Assembly: GCF_013167975.1 (NCBI RefSeq) | Contig: NZ_CP038386.1 | Strand: one strand, 5' to 3' | DNA: 32,000 bases | Origin: Escherichia coli O55:H7 | Lineage (GTDB): Bacteria; Pseudomonadota; Gammaproteobacteria; Enterobacterales; Enterobacteriaceae | Shown: piece by piece, positions 14,819 through 24,228 of the stretch | Numbering within the stretch: the first letter of the stretch is position 1 | How the letters are laid out: each line of letters opens with the position of its first letter | Translations under genes and position numbers: made by a program | Notes under the pieces: model-generated | Seen by the model: the letters and a program-made list of their open reading frames with translations, nothing else | Database searches by the model: none | Told to the model about the DNA's origin: nothing

Positions 14819-15714
14819 AGATCCACCCCGTAAATCCAGTCTGTGTTTGTCAGGTCGAGTTTTGGTTTGCTGGCTGTCACGACTGCCTGTTGCTTGTTAC
14901 GGTTGATTTCGAGCTGGGTCCACTTGTCGCGGAGTTTGGCCGGGCTAAGCACGTTACCGGACCAGAAGTTGTCCTGGCATGCCCAGCGGAACAGTACACA
15001 CATGTCGCGATGGTTACGTCCGTCACGTTCACGCATCAGGCGGATATCGTTAGCCCACCCAGCAAAATTCGGTTTTCTGGCTGATGGTGCGATAGTCTTC
15101 ACCATGTCAAACATCCACTCTGCGGCGGTCAGGTCTTCTGCTGTCCCCCACTTGCTGCCGCTCTGAATTGCAGCATCCGGTTTCACCACAGAAAGGTCGT
15201 TTTCTGGCTGGTCAGAGGATTCGCCAGAATTCTCTGACGAATAATCTTTTCTTTTTTCTTTTGTAATAGTGTCTTTTGTGTCCCCCTGTTTTGAGGGATA
15301 GCAATCCCCCAATTTGAGGGATGTTTTATCCCTCGTTTTAGGGGATTTTCCCTCGTTTTGAGGGATACACCATTCTGAGATGTTTTTATTTGGTCCAAAC
15401 ATGCCGCCTTGCTGCTTGATAATATTCATTCTGACGAGTTCTAACTTGGCTTCATTGCACCGTTTGACGGGTAACTTTGTAATCTCGCTAAGTTGAGAAT
15501 CGGTGATTCTGTCCATTGGTTTATTCCACCCATAGGTTTTACGCAGAATGGCAAGCAGCACTTTAAACTGTCGCTTGGTCAGATCTGCGCCCGAATAAGC
15601 CTCAAGCAGCATATTTGATAGTCTGGCGTAACCATCATCGAGATCTGCCACATTACGCTCCTGTTTGGCAAAGTTACCTCTGCAGAAGTTGAGTATTTTT
15701 GCTGTATTTGTCAT
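14815..15714 (-). CDS. O: Replication initiator O
   Basis: The 299-aa MTNTAKILNF.RGNFA.QERNVADLDDGYARLSN... is near-identical to lambda O and contains the ori iterons. Confidence 0.97.
   Translation of the reverse strand: MTNTAKILNFCRGNFAKQERNVADLDDGYARLSNMLLEAYSGADLTKRQFKVLLAILRKTYGWNKPMDRITDSQLSEITKLPVKRCNEAKLELVRMNIIKQQGGMFGPNKNISEWCIPQNEGKSPKTRDKTSLKLGDCYPSKQGDTKDTITKEKRKDYSSENSGESSDQPENDLSVVKPDAAIQSGSKWGTAEDLTAAEWMFDMVKTIAPSARKPNFAGWANDIRLMRERDGRNHRDMCVLFRWACQDNFWSGNVLSPAKLRDKWTQLEINRNKQQAVVTASKPKLDLTNTDWIYGVDL
15236..15366 (-). other. ori: ori-lambda: four O-binding iterons plus the adjacent A/T-rich unwinding region
   Basis: Iterons of type tccc(t/c)c-N-gaggga lie at 15281-15298, 15304-15321, 15328-15345 and 15349-15365. 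The T-rich block is at 15236-15280. Confidence 0.9.
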
Positions 15715-15717
15715 AAT
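15689..15717 (+). promoter_or_regulatory. pO promoter for oop RNA
   Basis: TTGAGT (15689-15694), a 17-nt spacer, then CATAAT (15712-17). Confidence 0.7.
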
Positions 15718-15724
15718 GACTCCT

Positions 15725-15803
15725 GTAGATTTATCCAGTAATGACCTCAGAACTCCATCTGGATTTGTTCAGAACGCTCGGTTGCCGCCGGGCGTTTTTT
15801 ATT
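15725..15803 (+). ncRNA. oop: oop antisense RNA (overlaps the 3' end of cII)
   Basis: ...TCCAGTAATGACCTCAGAACTCCATCTGGATTTGTTCAGAACGCTCGGTTGCCGCCGGGCGTTTTTTATT matches recalled lambda oop, including its terminator hairpin. Confidence 0.85.
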
Positions 15804-16040
15804 GGTGAGAATCGCAGCAACTTGTCGTGCCAATCGAGCCATGTCGTCGTCAACGACACCCCATTCAAGAACAGCAAGCAGCATTGAGAACTTTGGAATC
15901 CAGTCCCTCTTCCACCTGCTGATCTGCGACTTATCAACTCCCACAGCTTCCGCTGTCTTCTCAGTTCCAAGCATTGCGATTTTGTTAAGCAACGCACTCT
16001 CGATTCGTAGAGCCTCGTTGCGTTTGTTTGCACGAACCAT
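15747..16040 (-). CDS. cII: Transcriptional activator CII
   Basis: MVRANKRNEALRIESALLNKIAMLGTEKTAEAVGVDKSQISRWKRDWIPKFSMLLAVLEWGV... matches lambda CII (97 aa). The start is the internal Met of the track ORF. Confidence 0.97.
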   Translation of the reverse strand: MVRANKRNEALRIESALLNKIAMLGTEKTAEAVGVDKSQISRWKRDWIPKFSMLLAVLEWGVVDDDMARLARQVAAILTNKKRPAATERSEQIQMEF

Positions 16041-16050
16041 ATGTAAGTAT
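16018..16050 (+). promoter_or_regulatory. pRE: pRE with a CII-binding TTGC-N6-TTGC motif
   Basis: TTGC (16018-21), gtttgt, TTGC (16028-31), and AAGTAT as the -10 at 16045-50, as in lambda. Confidence 0.8.
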
Positions 16051-16119
16051 TTCCTTAGATAACAATTGATTGAATGTATGCAAATAAATGCATACACCAT
16101 AGGTGTGGTTTAATTGGAT

Positions 16120-16151
16120 GCCCTTTTTCAGGGCGGGGATGTGTAAGAGCG
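16120..16151 (-). promoter_or_regulatory. nutR: nutR (boxA CGCTCTTA, boxB GCCCTGAAAAAGGGC)
   Basis: The minus strand reads cgctcttacacatccccgccctgaaaaagggc between cro and cII. Confidence 0.9.
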
Positions 16152-16159
16152 GGAATGTC

Positions 16160-17512
<1,353 letters not shown>

Positions 17513-17562
17513 TCCCCACCTCAATCTCAATAACCAAAAAACAAACTATTTTCCGTTTAAAA

Positions 17563-17635
17563 ACAATGGAGTTTGTTTTGTATACCTCTTTTTACAATAT
17601 TTCTTGTTTACAGCATACAATCTTTCTTGTAATTT
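17563..17635 (+). promoter_or_regulatory. OL: 434 left operator OL3-OL2-OL1 and pL
   Basis: The operators are acaatggagtttgt (17563-576), acaatatttcttgt (17594-607) and acaatctttcttgt (17617-630). pL reads TTTACA (17607-12), 17 nt, TAATTT (17630-35). Confidence 0.85.
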
Positions 17636-17674
17636 TAAACCATCAGCAGGACGCACTGACCACCATGAAGGTGA

Positions 17675-17705
17675 TGCTCTTAAAAATTAAGCCCTGAAGA
17701 AGGGC
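17675..17705 (+). promoter_or_regulatory. nutL: nutL (boxA tgctctta, boxB gccctgaagaagggc)
   Basis: The sequence gatgctcttaaaaattaagccctgaagaagggcagc is as in lambda nutL. Confidence 0.9.
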
Positions 17706-17863
17706 AGCATTCAAAGCAGAAGGCTTTGGGGTGTGTGATACGAAACGAAGCATTGGCCGGAAGTGCGATTCCGGATTAGCTGCCAATGTGCCAATCGCGG
17801 GGGGTTTTCGTTCAGGACTACAACTGCCACACACCACCAAAGCTAACTGACAGGAGAATCCAG

Positions 17864-18187
17864 ATGGATGCACAAACACGCCGCCGCGAACGTCGCGCAG
17901 AGAAACAGGCTCAATGGAAAGCAGCAAATCCCCTGTTGGTTGGGGTAAGCGCAAAACCAGTTAACCGCCCTATTCTCTCGCTGAATCGCAAACCGAAATC
18001 ACGAGTAGAAAGCGCACTAAATCCGATAGACCTTACAGTGCTGGCTGAATACCACAAACAGATTGAAAGCAACCTGCAACGTATTGAGCGCAAGAATCAG
18101 CGCACATGGTACAGCAAGCCTGGCGAACGCGGCATAACATGCAGTGGACGCCAGAAAATTAAGGGAAAATCGATTCCTCTTACCTAG
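17864..18187 (+). CDS. N: Antitermination protein N
   Basis: MDAQTRRRERRAEKQAQWKAANPLLVGVSAKPVNRPILSLNRKPKSRVESALNPIDLTVLAEYHKQIESNLQRIERKNQRTWYSKPGERGITCSGRQKIKGKSIPL matches lambda N. The start is the internal Met of the track ORF. Confidence 0.97.
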   Translation: MDAQTRRRERRAEKQAQWKAANPLLVGVSAKPVNRPILSLNRKPKSRVESALNPIDLTVLAEYHKQIESNLQRIERKNQRTWYSKPGERGITCSGRQKIKGKSIPLT

Positions 18188-18742
18188 TTACTTAGATATT
18201 GGCCTTGGCTTTATCTCAATATTATATGGATCATAGCTGGCAACTAATTCAGTCCAGTAAATATCCTCAATAGGGAATAATATATGCTTCCCGTTCCATC
18301 GGGAAAAAGTTTTGTTCAACACACCAAGCTCAATCAACTCACTAATGTATGGGAATTGTTTTGATGTAACCACATACTTCCTGCCTTCATTAAGGGCTGC
18401 GCACAAAACCATAGATTGCTCTTCTGTAAGGTTTTGAATTACTGATCGCACTTTATCGTTTTGCATCTTAATGCGTTTTCTTAGCTTAAATCGCTTATAT
18501 CTGGCGCTGGCAATAGCTGATAATCGATGCACATTAATTGCTAGCGAAAATGCAAGAGCAAAGACGAAAACATGCCACACATGAGGAATACCGATTCTCT
18601 CATTAACATATTCAGGCCAGTTATCTGGGCTTAAAAGCAGAAGTCCAACCCAGATAACGATCATATACATGGTTCTCTCCAGAGGTTCATTACTGAACAC
18701 TCGTCCGAGAATAACGAGTGGATCCATTTCTATACTCATCAA
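18188..18742 (-). CDS. sieB: Superinfection exclusion protein SieB
   Basis: 184 aa with two N-terminal TM segments. It is convergent with and abuts N, exactly as lambda sieB does. The sequence matches my recollection of lambda SieB. Confidence 0.85.
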   Translation of the reverse strand: MMSIEMDPLVILGRVFSNEPLERTMYMIVIWVGLLLLSPDNWPEYVNERIGIPHVWHVFVFALAFSLAINVHRLSAIASARYKRFKLRKRIKMQNDKVRSVIQNLTEEQSMVLCAALNEGRKYVVTSKQFPYISELIELGVLNKTFSRWNGKHILFPIEDIYWTELVASYDPYNIEIKPRPISK

Positions 18743-18866
18743 ACTGTAGGGGTTGTAATAGTTTATCCGATTTCTCGCTGTAGGGGTACACGAGAACCAC
18801 CGAGCCTGATGTGGTTAAAAGACAGGCACAATCTTTACTACCGCAATCCACTATTTAAGGTGATAT

Positions 18867-18953
18867 ATGGAAGAAGAATTTGAAGAGTTCGAAGAGCATC
18901 CTCAGGATGTGATGGAACAATACCAGGACTATCCGTATGACTACGACTATTGA
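18867..18953 (+). CDS. Acidic 28-aa ORF (lambda orf28 equivalent)
   Basis: MEEEFEEFEEHPQDVMEQYQDYPYDYDY lies just upstream of ral and overlaps it. It is below the ORF-track cutoff and sits at the lambda orf28 position. Confidence 0.55.
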   Translation: MEEEFEEFEEHPQDVMEQYQDYPYDYDY

Positions 18954-19137
18954 TAAAAATCAATGGTGTGGACAATTCAAGCGATGCAATGGATGCAAGC
19001 TGCAATCGGAATGCATGGTTAAGCCTGAAGAAATGTTTCCTGTAATGGAAGATGGGAAATATGTCGATAAATGGGCAATACGAACTACGGCAATGATTGC
19101 CAGAGAACTTGGCAAACAGAAAAACAAGGCTGCCTGA
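18937..19137 (+). CDS. ral: Restriction alleviation protein Ral
   Basis: MTTTIDKNQWCGQFKRCNGCKLQSECMVKPEEMFPVMEDGKYVDKWAIRTTAMIARELGKQKNKAA matches lambda Ral. Confidence 0.95.
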   Translation: MTTTIDKNQWCGQFKRCNGCKLQSECMVKPEEMFPVMEDGKYVDKWAIRTTAMIARELGKQKNKAA

Positions 19138-19273
19138 TGGTGGCCTTTATTTTTGGCATAAACAACAGAATAAACACTGCACTGTGTATTCATTCCAACG
19201 AGTGAATACACGGAGCAATGTCGCTCGTAACTAAACAGGAGCCGACTTGTTCTGATTATTGGAAATCTTCTTT

Positions 19274-19298
19274 GCCCTCCAATGTGAGGGCTTTTTTA
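19274..19298 (+). terminator. Intrinsic terminator in the ral-cIII gap (tL2-region equivalent)
   Basis: gccctc-caatgt-gagggc followed by tttttt. Confidence 0.75.
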
Positions 19299-19360
19299 TA
19301 TGCATACCAATAACGATTCACTCGAGGCGTTTTTCGTTATGTATAAATAAGGAGCACACC

Positions 19361-19525
19361 ATGCAATATGCCATTGCAGGGTGGCCTGTTGCTGGCTGCC
19401 CTTCCGAATCTTTACTTGAACGAATCACCCGTAAATTACGTGACGGATGGAAACGCCTTATCGACATACTTAATCAGCCAGGAGTCCCAAAGAATGGATC
19501 AAACACTTATGGCTATCCAGACTAA
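19361..19525 (+). CDS. cIII: CIII (FtsH inhibitor)
   Basis: [54 protein letters not shown] matches lambda CIII. Confidence 0.97.
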   Translation: MQYAIAGWPVAGCPSESLLERITRKLRDGWKRLIDILNQPGVPKNGSNTYGYPD

Positions 19526-19637
19526 ATTCACTATCGCCACTTTTATTGGCGATGAAAAGATGTTTCGTGAAGCCGTCGACGCTTATAAAAAATGGATATT
19601 AATACTGAAACTGAGATCAAGCAAAAGCATTCACTAA
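19494..19637 (+). CDS. kil: Kil (host cell-division inhibitor)
   Basis: [47 protein letters not shown] matches lambda Kil (47 aa). Confidence 0.95.
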   Translation: MDQTLMAIQTKFTIATFIGDEKMFREAVDAYKKWILILKLRSSKSIH

Positions 19638-19710
19638 CCCCTTTCCTGTTTTCCTAATCAGCCCGGCATTTCGCGGGCGATATTTTCACAGCTATTTCAG
19701 GAGTTCGGCC

Positions 19711-20007
19711 ATGAACGCTTATTACATTCAGGATCGTCTTGAGGCTCAGAGCTGGGCGCGTCACTACCAGCAGATAGCCCGTGAAGAGAAAGAGGCAGAA
19801 CTGGCAGACGACATGGAAAAAGGCCTGCCCCAGCACCTGTTTGAATCGCTATGCATCGGTCATTTGCAACGCCACGGGGCCAGCAAAAAAGCCATTACCC
19901 GTGCGTTTGATGACGATGTTGAGTTTCAGGAGCGCATGGCAGAACACATCCGGTACATGGTTGAAACCATTGCTCACCATCAGGTTGATATTGATTCAGA
20001 GGTATAA
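19711..20007 (+). CDS. gam: Gam (RecBCD inhibitor), 98-aa GamS form
   Basis: [59 protein letters not shown]... matches lambda Gam residues 41-138. Confidence 0.95.
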   Translation: MNAYYIQDRLEAQSWARHYQQIAREEKEAELADDMEKGLPQHLFESLCIGHLQRHGASKKAITRAFDDDVEFQERMAEHIRYMVETIAHHQVDIDSEV

Positions 20008-20012
20008 AACGG

Positions 20013-20798
20013 ATGAGTACAGCACTCGCAACGCTGGCAGGGAAGCTGGCTGAACGTGTCGGCATGGATTCTGTCGACCCACAGGAACTGATCACCACTC
20101 TTCGCCAGACGGCATTTAAAGGCGATGCCAGCGATGCGCAGTTCATCACATTGTTGATCGTCGCCAACCAGTACGGCCTTAATCCGTGGACGAAAGAAAT
20201 TTACGCCTTCCCTGATAAGCAGAACGGCATCGTTCCGGTGGTGGGCGTTGATGGCTGGTCCCGCATCATCAATGAAAACCAGCAGTTTGATGGCATGGAC
20301 TTTGAGCAGGACAATGAATCCTGTACATGCCGGATTTACCGCAAGGACCGTAATCATCCGATCTGCGTTACCGAATGGATGGATGAATGCCGCCGCGAAC
20401 CATTCAAAACCCGCGAAGGCAGAGAAATCACGGGGCCGTGGCAGTCGCATCCTAAACGGATGTTACGGCATAAAGCTATGATTCAGTGTGCCCGTCTGGC
20501 CTTCGGATTTGCTGGTATCTATGACAAGGATGAAGCCGAGCGCATTGTCGAAAATACTGCATACACTGCAGAACGCCAGCCGGAACGCGACATCACTCCG
20601 GTTAACGATGAAACCATGCAGGAGATTAACACTCTGCTAATCGCCCTGGATAAAACATGGGATGACGACTTATTGCCGCTCTGTTCCCAGATATTTCGCC
20701 GCGACATTCGCGCATCGTCAGAACTGACACAGGCCGAAGCAGTGAAAGCTCTTGGATTCCTGAAACAGAAAGCCACTGAGCAGAAGGTGGCAGCATGA
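20013..20798 (+). CDS. bet: Bet (Red-beta single-strand annealing protein)
   Basis: The 261-aa [45 protein letters not shown]... is near-identical to lambda Beta. Confidence 0.97.
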   Translation: MSTALATLAGKLAERVGMDSVDPQELITTLRQTAFKGDASDAQFITLLIVANQYGLNPWTKEIYAFPDKQNGIVPVVGVDGWSRIINENQQFDGMDFEQDNESCTCRIYRKDRNHPICVTEWMDECRREPFKTREGREITGPWQSHPKRMLRHKAMIQCARLAFGFAGIYDKDEAERIVENTAYTAERQPERDITPVNDETMQEINTLLIALDKTWDDDLLPLCSQIFRRDIRASSELTQAEAVKALGFLKQKATEQKVAA

Positions 20799-21475
20799 CA
20801 CCGGACATTATCCTGCAGCGTACCGGGATCGACGTGAGAGCTGTCGAACAGGGGGATGATGCATGGCACAAATTACGGCTCGGCGTCATCACCGCTTCAG
20901 AAGTTCACAACGTGATAGCAAAGCCCCGCTCAGGAAAGAAGTGGCCTGACATGAAAATGTCCTACTTCCACACCCTGCTGGCTGAGGTTTGCACCGGTGT
21001 GGCTCCGGAAGTTAATGCTAAGGCGCTGGCCTGGGGAAAACAGTACGAGAACGACGCCAGAACCCTGTTTGAATTCACTTCCGGCGTGAATGTTACTGAA
21101 TCCCCGATCATCTATCGCGACGAAAGTATGCGCACCGCCTGCTCTCCCGATGGTTTATGCAGTGACGGCAACGGCCTTGAGCTGAAATGCCCGTTTACCT
21201 CCCGGGATTTCATGAAGTTCAGGCTCGGTGGTTTCGAGGCCATAAAGTCGGCTTACATGGCCCAGGTGCAGTACAGCATGTGGGTGACGCGAAAAGATGC
21301 CTGGTACTTTGCCAACTATGACCCGCGTATGAAGCGTGAAGGCCTGCATTATGTCGTGGTTGAGCGGGATGAAAAGTACATGGCGGGTTTTGACGAGATG
21401 GTGCCGGAGTTCATCGAAAAAATGGACGAGGCACTGGCTGAAATTGGTTTTGTATTTGGGGAGCAATGGCGATGA
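20795..21475 (+). CDS. exo: Exo (Red-alpha 5'-3' exonuclease)
   Basis: The 226-aa [54 protein letters not shown]... is near-identical to lambda Exo. Confidence 0.97.
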   Translation: MTPDIILQRTGIDVRAVEQGDDAWHKLRLGVITASEVHNVIAKPRSGKKWPDMKMSYFHTLLAEVCTGVAPEVNAKALAWGKQYENDARTLFEFTSGVNVTESPIIYRDESMRTACSPDGLCSDGNGLELKCPFTSRDFMKFRLGGFEAIKSAYMAQVQYSMWVTRKDAWYFANYDPRMKREGLHYVVVERDEKYMAGFDEMVPEFIEKMDEALAEIGFVFGEQWR

Positions 21476-21654
21476 AGCATCCTCACGATAATATCCGCGT
21501 AGGCACGATCACTTTCGTCTACTCCGTTACGAAGCGAGGCTGGGTATTTCCCGGCCTTTCTGTTATCCGAAATCCGCTGAAAGCCCAGCGGCTGGCTGAG
21601 GAGATAAATAATAAACGGGAGGCGATATGCACAAAGCATCTCCTGTTGAGTTAA
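21466..21654 (+). CDS. lambda orf61 homolog
   Basis: [51 protein letters not shown]... matches the recalled lambda orf61. Confidence 0.85.
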   Translation: MAMKHPHDNIRVGTITFVYSVTKRGWVFPGLSVIRNPLKAQRLAEEINNKREAICTKHLLLS

Positions 21655-21818
21655 GAACGAGTATTGAGATGGCACATAGCCTTGCTCAAATTGGAGTCAG
21701 GTTTGTGCCAATACCAGTAGAAACAGACGAAGAATTTCATACGTTAGCCACATCCCTTTCGCAAAAGCTGGAAATGATGGTGGCGAAAGCAGAAGCAGAT
21801 GAGAGAGACCTGGTATGA
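21627..21818 (+). CDS. lambda orf63 homolog
   Basis: [63 protein letters not shown] matches the recalled lambda orf63. Confidence 0.85.
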   Translation: MHKASPVELRTSIEMAHSLAQIGVRFVPIPVETDEEFHTLATSLSQKLEMMVAKAEADERDLV

Positions 21819-21898
21819 CAACCACTGAATGCATTTTTCTGGCAGCGGGCTTCATATTCTGTGTGCTTATGCTTGCCGACATGGGACTTGTTCAATGA
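21815..21898 (+). CDS. Candidate 27-aa hydrophobic mini-protein
   Basis: MTTTECIFLAAGFIFCVLMLADMGLVQ. Its ATG overlaps the orf63 stop (ATGA) and its stop overlaps the next ATG (ATGA). It is below the ORF-track cutoff. Confidence 0.45.
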   Translation: MTTTECIFLAAGFIFCVLMLADMGLVQ

Positions 21899-22110
21899 CA
21901 CCTCAGCAAGAAAACGCCCTTCGCAGTATTGCCCGTCAGGCTAATTCTGAAATCAAAAAAGCCAGACAGCAGTTTCCGGATAAAAACGTCGATGACATTT
22001 GCCGTAGCGTACTGAAGAAGCACCGCGAAACGGTAACGCTGATGGGATTCACACCGACTCACTTAAGTCTGGCAATCGGTATGTTAAACGGCGTCTTTAA
22101 GGAACGGTGA
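21895..22110 (+). CDS. lambda orf60a homolog
   Basis: MTPQQENALRSIARQANSEIKK...NVDDICRSVLKKHRETVTLMGFTPTHLSLAIGMLNGVFKER. The start is the internal Met of the track ORF. Confidence 0.8.
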   Translation: MTPQQENALRSIARQANSEIKKARQQFPDKNVDDICRSVLKKHRETVTLMGFTPTHLSLAIGMLNGVFKER

Positions 22111-22130
22111 ACATGAAAAGCAAAATCATC

Positions 22131-22156
22131 AGGGAGCTACAGGCTCCTTTTTTATT
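22131..22156 (+). terminator. Intrinsic terminator (tL3-equivalent)
   Basis: agggagc-tacag-gctcct followed by tttttatt. Confidence 0.7.
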
Positions 22157-22208
22157 ATTCGCATTCACTCTCAAGCGTATTAACCAACAATTCAGGGATT
22201 AATGGAAG

Positions 22209-22430
22209 ATGGCAGACATCATTGATTCAGCATCAGAAATTGAAGAATTACAGCGCAACACAGCAATAAAAATGCACCGCCTGAACCACCAGGCTATATC
22301 TGCCACTCATTGTTGTGAGTGTGGCGATCCGATAGATGAACTAAGACGTCTGGCCGTTCAGGGTTGTCGGACTTGTGCAAGTTGCCAGAAGGATCTGGAG
22401 CTTATCAGTAAACAGAGAGGTTCGAAGTGA
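22209..22430 (+). CDS. TraR/DksA-family C4 zinc-finger protein (lambda orf73 equivalent)
   Basis: 73 aa with CCECGDPI...CRTCASC four-Cys spacing and a coiled N-terminal helix. It has the same size and position as lambda orf73. Confidence 0.8.
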   Translation: MADIIDSASEIEELQRNTAIKMHRLNHQAISATHCCECGDPIDELRRLAVQGCRTCASCQKDLELISKQRGSK

Positions 22431-22933
22431 GCGAAATTAACTCTCAGGCACTGCGTGAGGCGGCAGAAAAAGCAACGTGTGGTGAGCGGTCGCTCGAATA
22501 TGGAGAGAGCCGATTTGATGGTGATGATGCGCTAATTCATCGTGAAGTTGCTGGATATATTCCTATTTGCAGAATTGAAGGAGCGCATCCAGAAAGCGGT
22601 TTCGATGAAGATTTCCAAATGGAACAGCAGGCCAATGCTGAATTCATCGCCGCAGCCAATCCTGCTACCGTCTTGGCACTGCTGGATGAACGGGAAAGAA
22701 ACCAGCAATACATCAAATCACGCGACCAAGAGAGCGAGGAAATTGCGCTAACGGTAGGGAAGCTGCGTGTTGAGCTGGAAGGCAAAGACAGGCGCATTAC
22801 TGAGGTGACAATGTGGATTAAGCGACTGAGTTCCTCTCTCAAAAACGCCAAACCAGACAGCAAGTTGCCGGATGACGCCATGATCTGGCTAAATAATGAA
22901 GGACTTACCAGTATAGAGGATATTTTACGATGA
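22427..22933 (+). CDS. Ea22-like protein
   Basis: It has a GTG start overlapping the preceding stop. MSEINSQALREAAE... and LLDERERNQQYIK.RDQE.E.IALTVGKLRVELE match the lambda Ea22 N-terminus and coiled-coil region. The remainder differs. Confidence 0.75.
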   Translation: MSEINSQALREAAEKATCGERSLEYGESRFDGDDALIHREVAGYIPICRIEGAHPESGFDEDFQMEQQANAEFIAAANPATVLALLDERERNQQYIKSRDQESEEIALTVGKLRVELEGKDRRITEVTMWIKRLSSSLKNAKPDSKLPDDAMIWLNNEGLTSIEDILR

Positions 22934-23694
22934 GCACTTTTACCAAAGAATGGCTACAAAATACGATTACCAGTATTGAGTCAGCACGAGATGAAATGCC
23001 ATTCGGACTCGACAACGATCAAGCACACATGCTTACAGCATTTAAAATCGCTCTCGCCTCACTGGAACGCGAACAGATTCGCCACGAGCATGCCAAATGG
23101 TCTGACTCCACATTTGGCTGCGTTGGCCCCATTGGTCCACTGAAACACCTCTCAAAAGAGGCTCTGGAAGCCGCAGCCGAACCAGACGATCTTAGCGAGT
23201 GGGCTGATATGCAGTTTCTGTTGTGGGATGCACAGCGCCGTGCCGGCATCAGCGATGCTGAAATTACCGCTGCTATGGAAGATAAATTGAAGATCAACAT
23301 GGAGCGCCAGTGGCCTGAGCCAAAAGATGGTGAGCCTCGCTTGCACATTAAAGAACCCGGCAACTCTCCGGTAACTCCGGATGGTTTATCCACGGTATGC
23401 GCTGAGGCTTATCAGGTTGTAGGAGTTATGGCAGATGCGCTTGGTGTATTCGGTGATGCAGCAGTACAGAAAGTTCTGGATAACCTGTCACAGCAAAAAC
23501 TTGTTCACAGAGATGTGCTGCCGTTCTCGCTTCCGGTAACTCCGGATGGTTGGGTTATGGTTCCTAAACAGGTAACGCCGGAAATCAGCAACGCGATAAA
23601 CGTTGTGGGTCAACGCTGTACATGCGGAAATTGCTCTCAGCGGTTGTGGGATTTATTACTCGACGCCACACAGCAAGGAGTTAACCGTGGCTAA
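22930..23694 (+). CDS. DUF550 (dATP/dGTP pyrophosphohydrolase-like, MazG-related) domain protein with a C-terminal extension
   Basis: 254 aa. The central HEHAKWSDSTFG...PLKHLSKEALEAAAEPDDLSEWADMQFLLWDAQRRAGIS...MERQWPEP resembles the DUF550 family as I recall it. The C-terminal half is unassigned. Confidence 0.55.
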   Translation: MSTFTKEWLQNTITSIESARDEMPFGLDNDQAHMLTAFKIALASLEREQIRHEHAKWSDSTFGCVGPIGPLKHLSKEALEAAAEPDDLSEWADMQFLLWDAQRRAGISDAEITAAMEDKLKINMERQWPEPKDGEPRLHIKEPGNSPVTPDGLSTVCAEAYQVVGVMADALGVFGDAAVQKVLDNLSQQKLVHRDVLPFSLPVTPDGWVMVPKQVTPEISNAINVVGQRCTCGNCSQRLWDLLLDATQQGVNRG

Positions 23695-23724
23695 CCTGCA
23701 ACTTGCCGTCAAAGGTGAATAACA

Positions 23725-23752
23725 ATCCTCGCACTCGCGGGGATTTCTTTTA
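23725..23752 (+). terminator. Intrinsic terminator after the DUF550 gene
   Basis: atcctcg-cactcg-cggggat (7 bp with one G-U) followed by ttcttttat. Confidence 0.6.
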
Positions 23753-23794
23753 TCTGAACTCGCTACGGCGGGTTTTGTTTTATGGAGACAAGAA

Positions 23795-24139
23795 ATGTCA
23801 GATTTGGCTATGAAGGTTTTGAAATGGCAATCGACTGGCGATGTCGGCATCAGTAGCGCAACTCTTGCCTCAATCGCATGTGGCCTGAAAAAGAATATCT
23901 ATGGTCATAGCTTCGGTGCTCCACATGACGCAGCCGATTTCAGACGATGCGTTGCACTTGTTGAGCAGATTCCAGAAATCAGAGATTCATTCGACAAGGT
24001 TGCAAAGCGCGTTCCGGCATTCAAAGGAATCCTCAACGAATGGGATTCTCTCGTTGCTCTGTTGAAGTCTGAAATGAAGATACACGGAAACAAAGCACCA
24101 GAGACTTACAGAAGAATTAGCGAGTTACGCAAGGACTAA
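23795..24139 (+). CDS. Hypothetical 114-aa protein (no family recognised)
   Basis: RBS GGAGA lies 6 nt upstream of the ATG. It is a clean ORF between a terminator and xis, and is predicted to be helical and soluble. Confidence 0.55.
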   Translation: MSDLAMKVLKWQSTGDVGISSATLASIACGLKKNIYGHSFGAPHDAADFRRCVALVEQIPEIRDSFDKVAKRVPAFKGILNEWDSLVALLKSEMKIHGNKAPETYRRISELRKD

Positions 24140-24228
24140 CCACAGCCTCACACTCGATGAGGCCTGCCAGCTTCTCAAGATATCCAGACCTACAGCAATC
24201 ATGTCAATCCAATAAATGGAGACTCCAA

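Noticed and set aside
15281-15365. Four regularly spaced ~18-bp repeats, considered as a CRISPR-like array
   Set aside because: They are the O-protein iterons of ori-lambda inside the O gene. The sequences and spacing match lambda, there are no unique spacers, and no cas genes are present.
17537-17580. Hairpin aacaaact...agtttgtt after the cI-linked gene, considered as the immunity-operon terminator
   Set aside because: The loop is 22 nt and the T-tract is weak. The 3' arm is simply part of operator OL3, so the evidence for termination is insufficient.
19980-20450. 156-aa minus-strand ORF opposite bet
   Set aside because: It lies antisense to a near-identical lambda bet gene and is a shadow ORF.
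24157-24228. The ORF-track ATG start for the xis candidate (139-aa version)
   Set aside because: There is no RBS, and the first 24 codons precede the HTH domain with poor coding character. A GTG at 24229 with GGAG 7 nt upstream is more plausible. Either start remains unproven.
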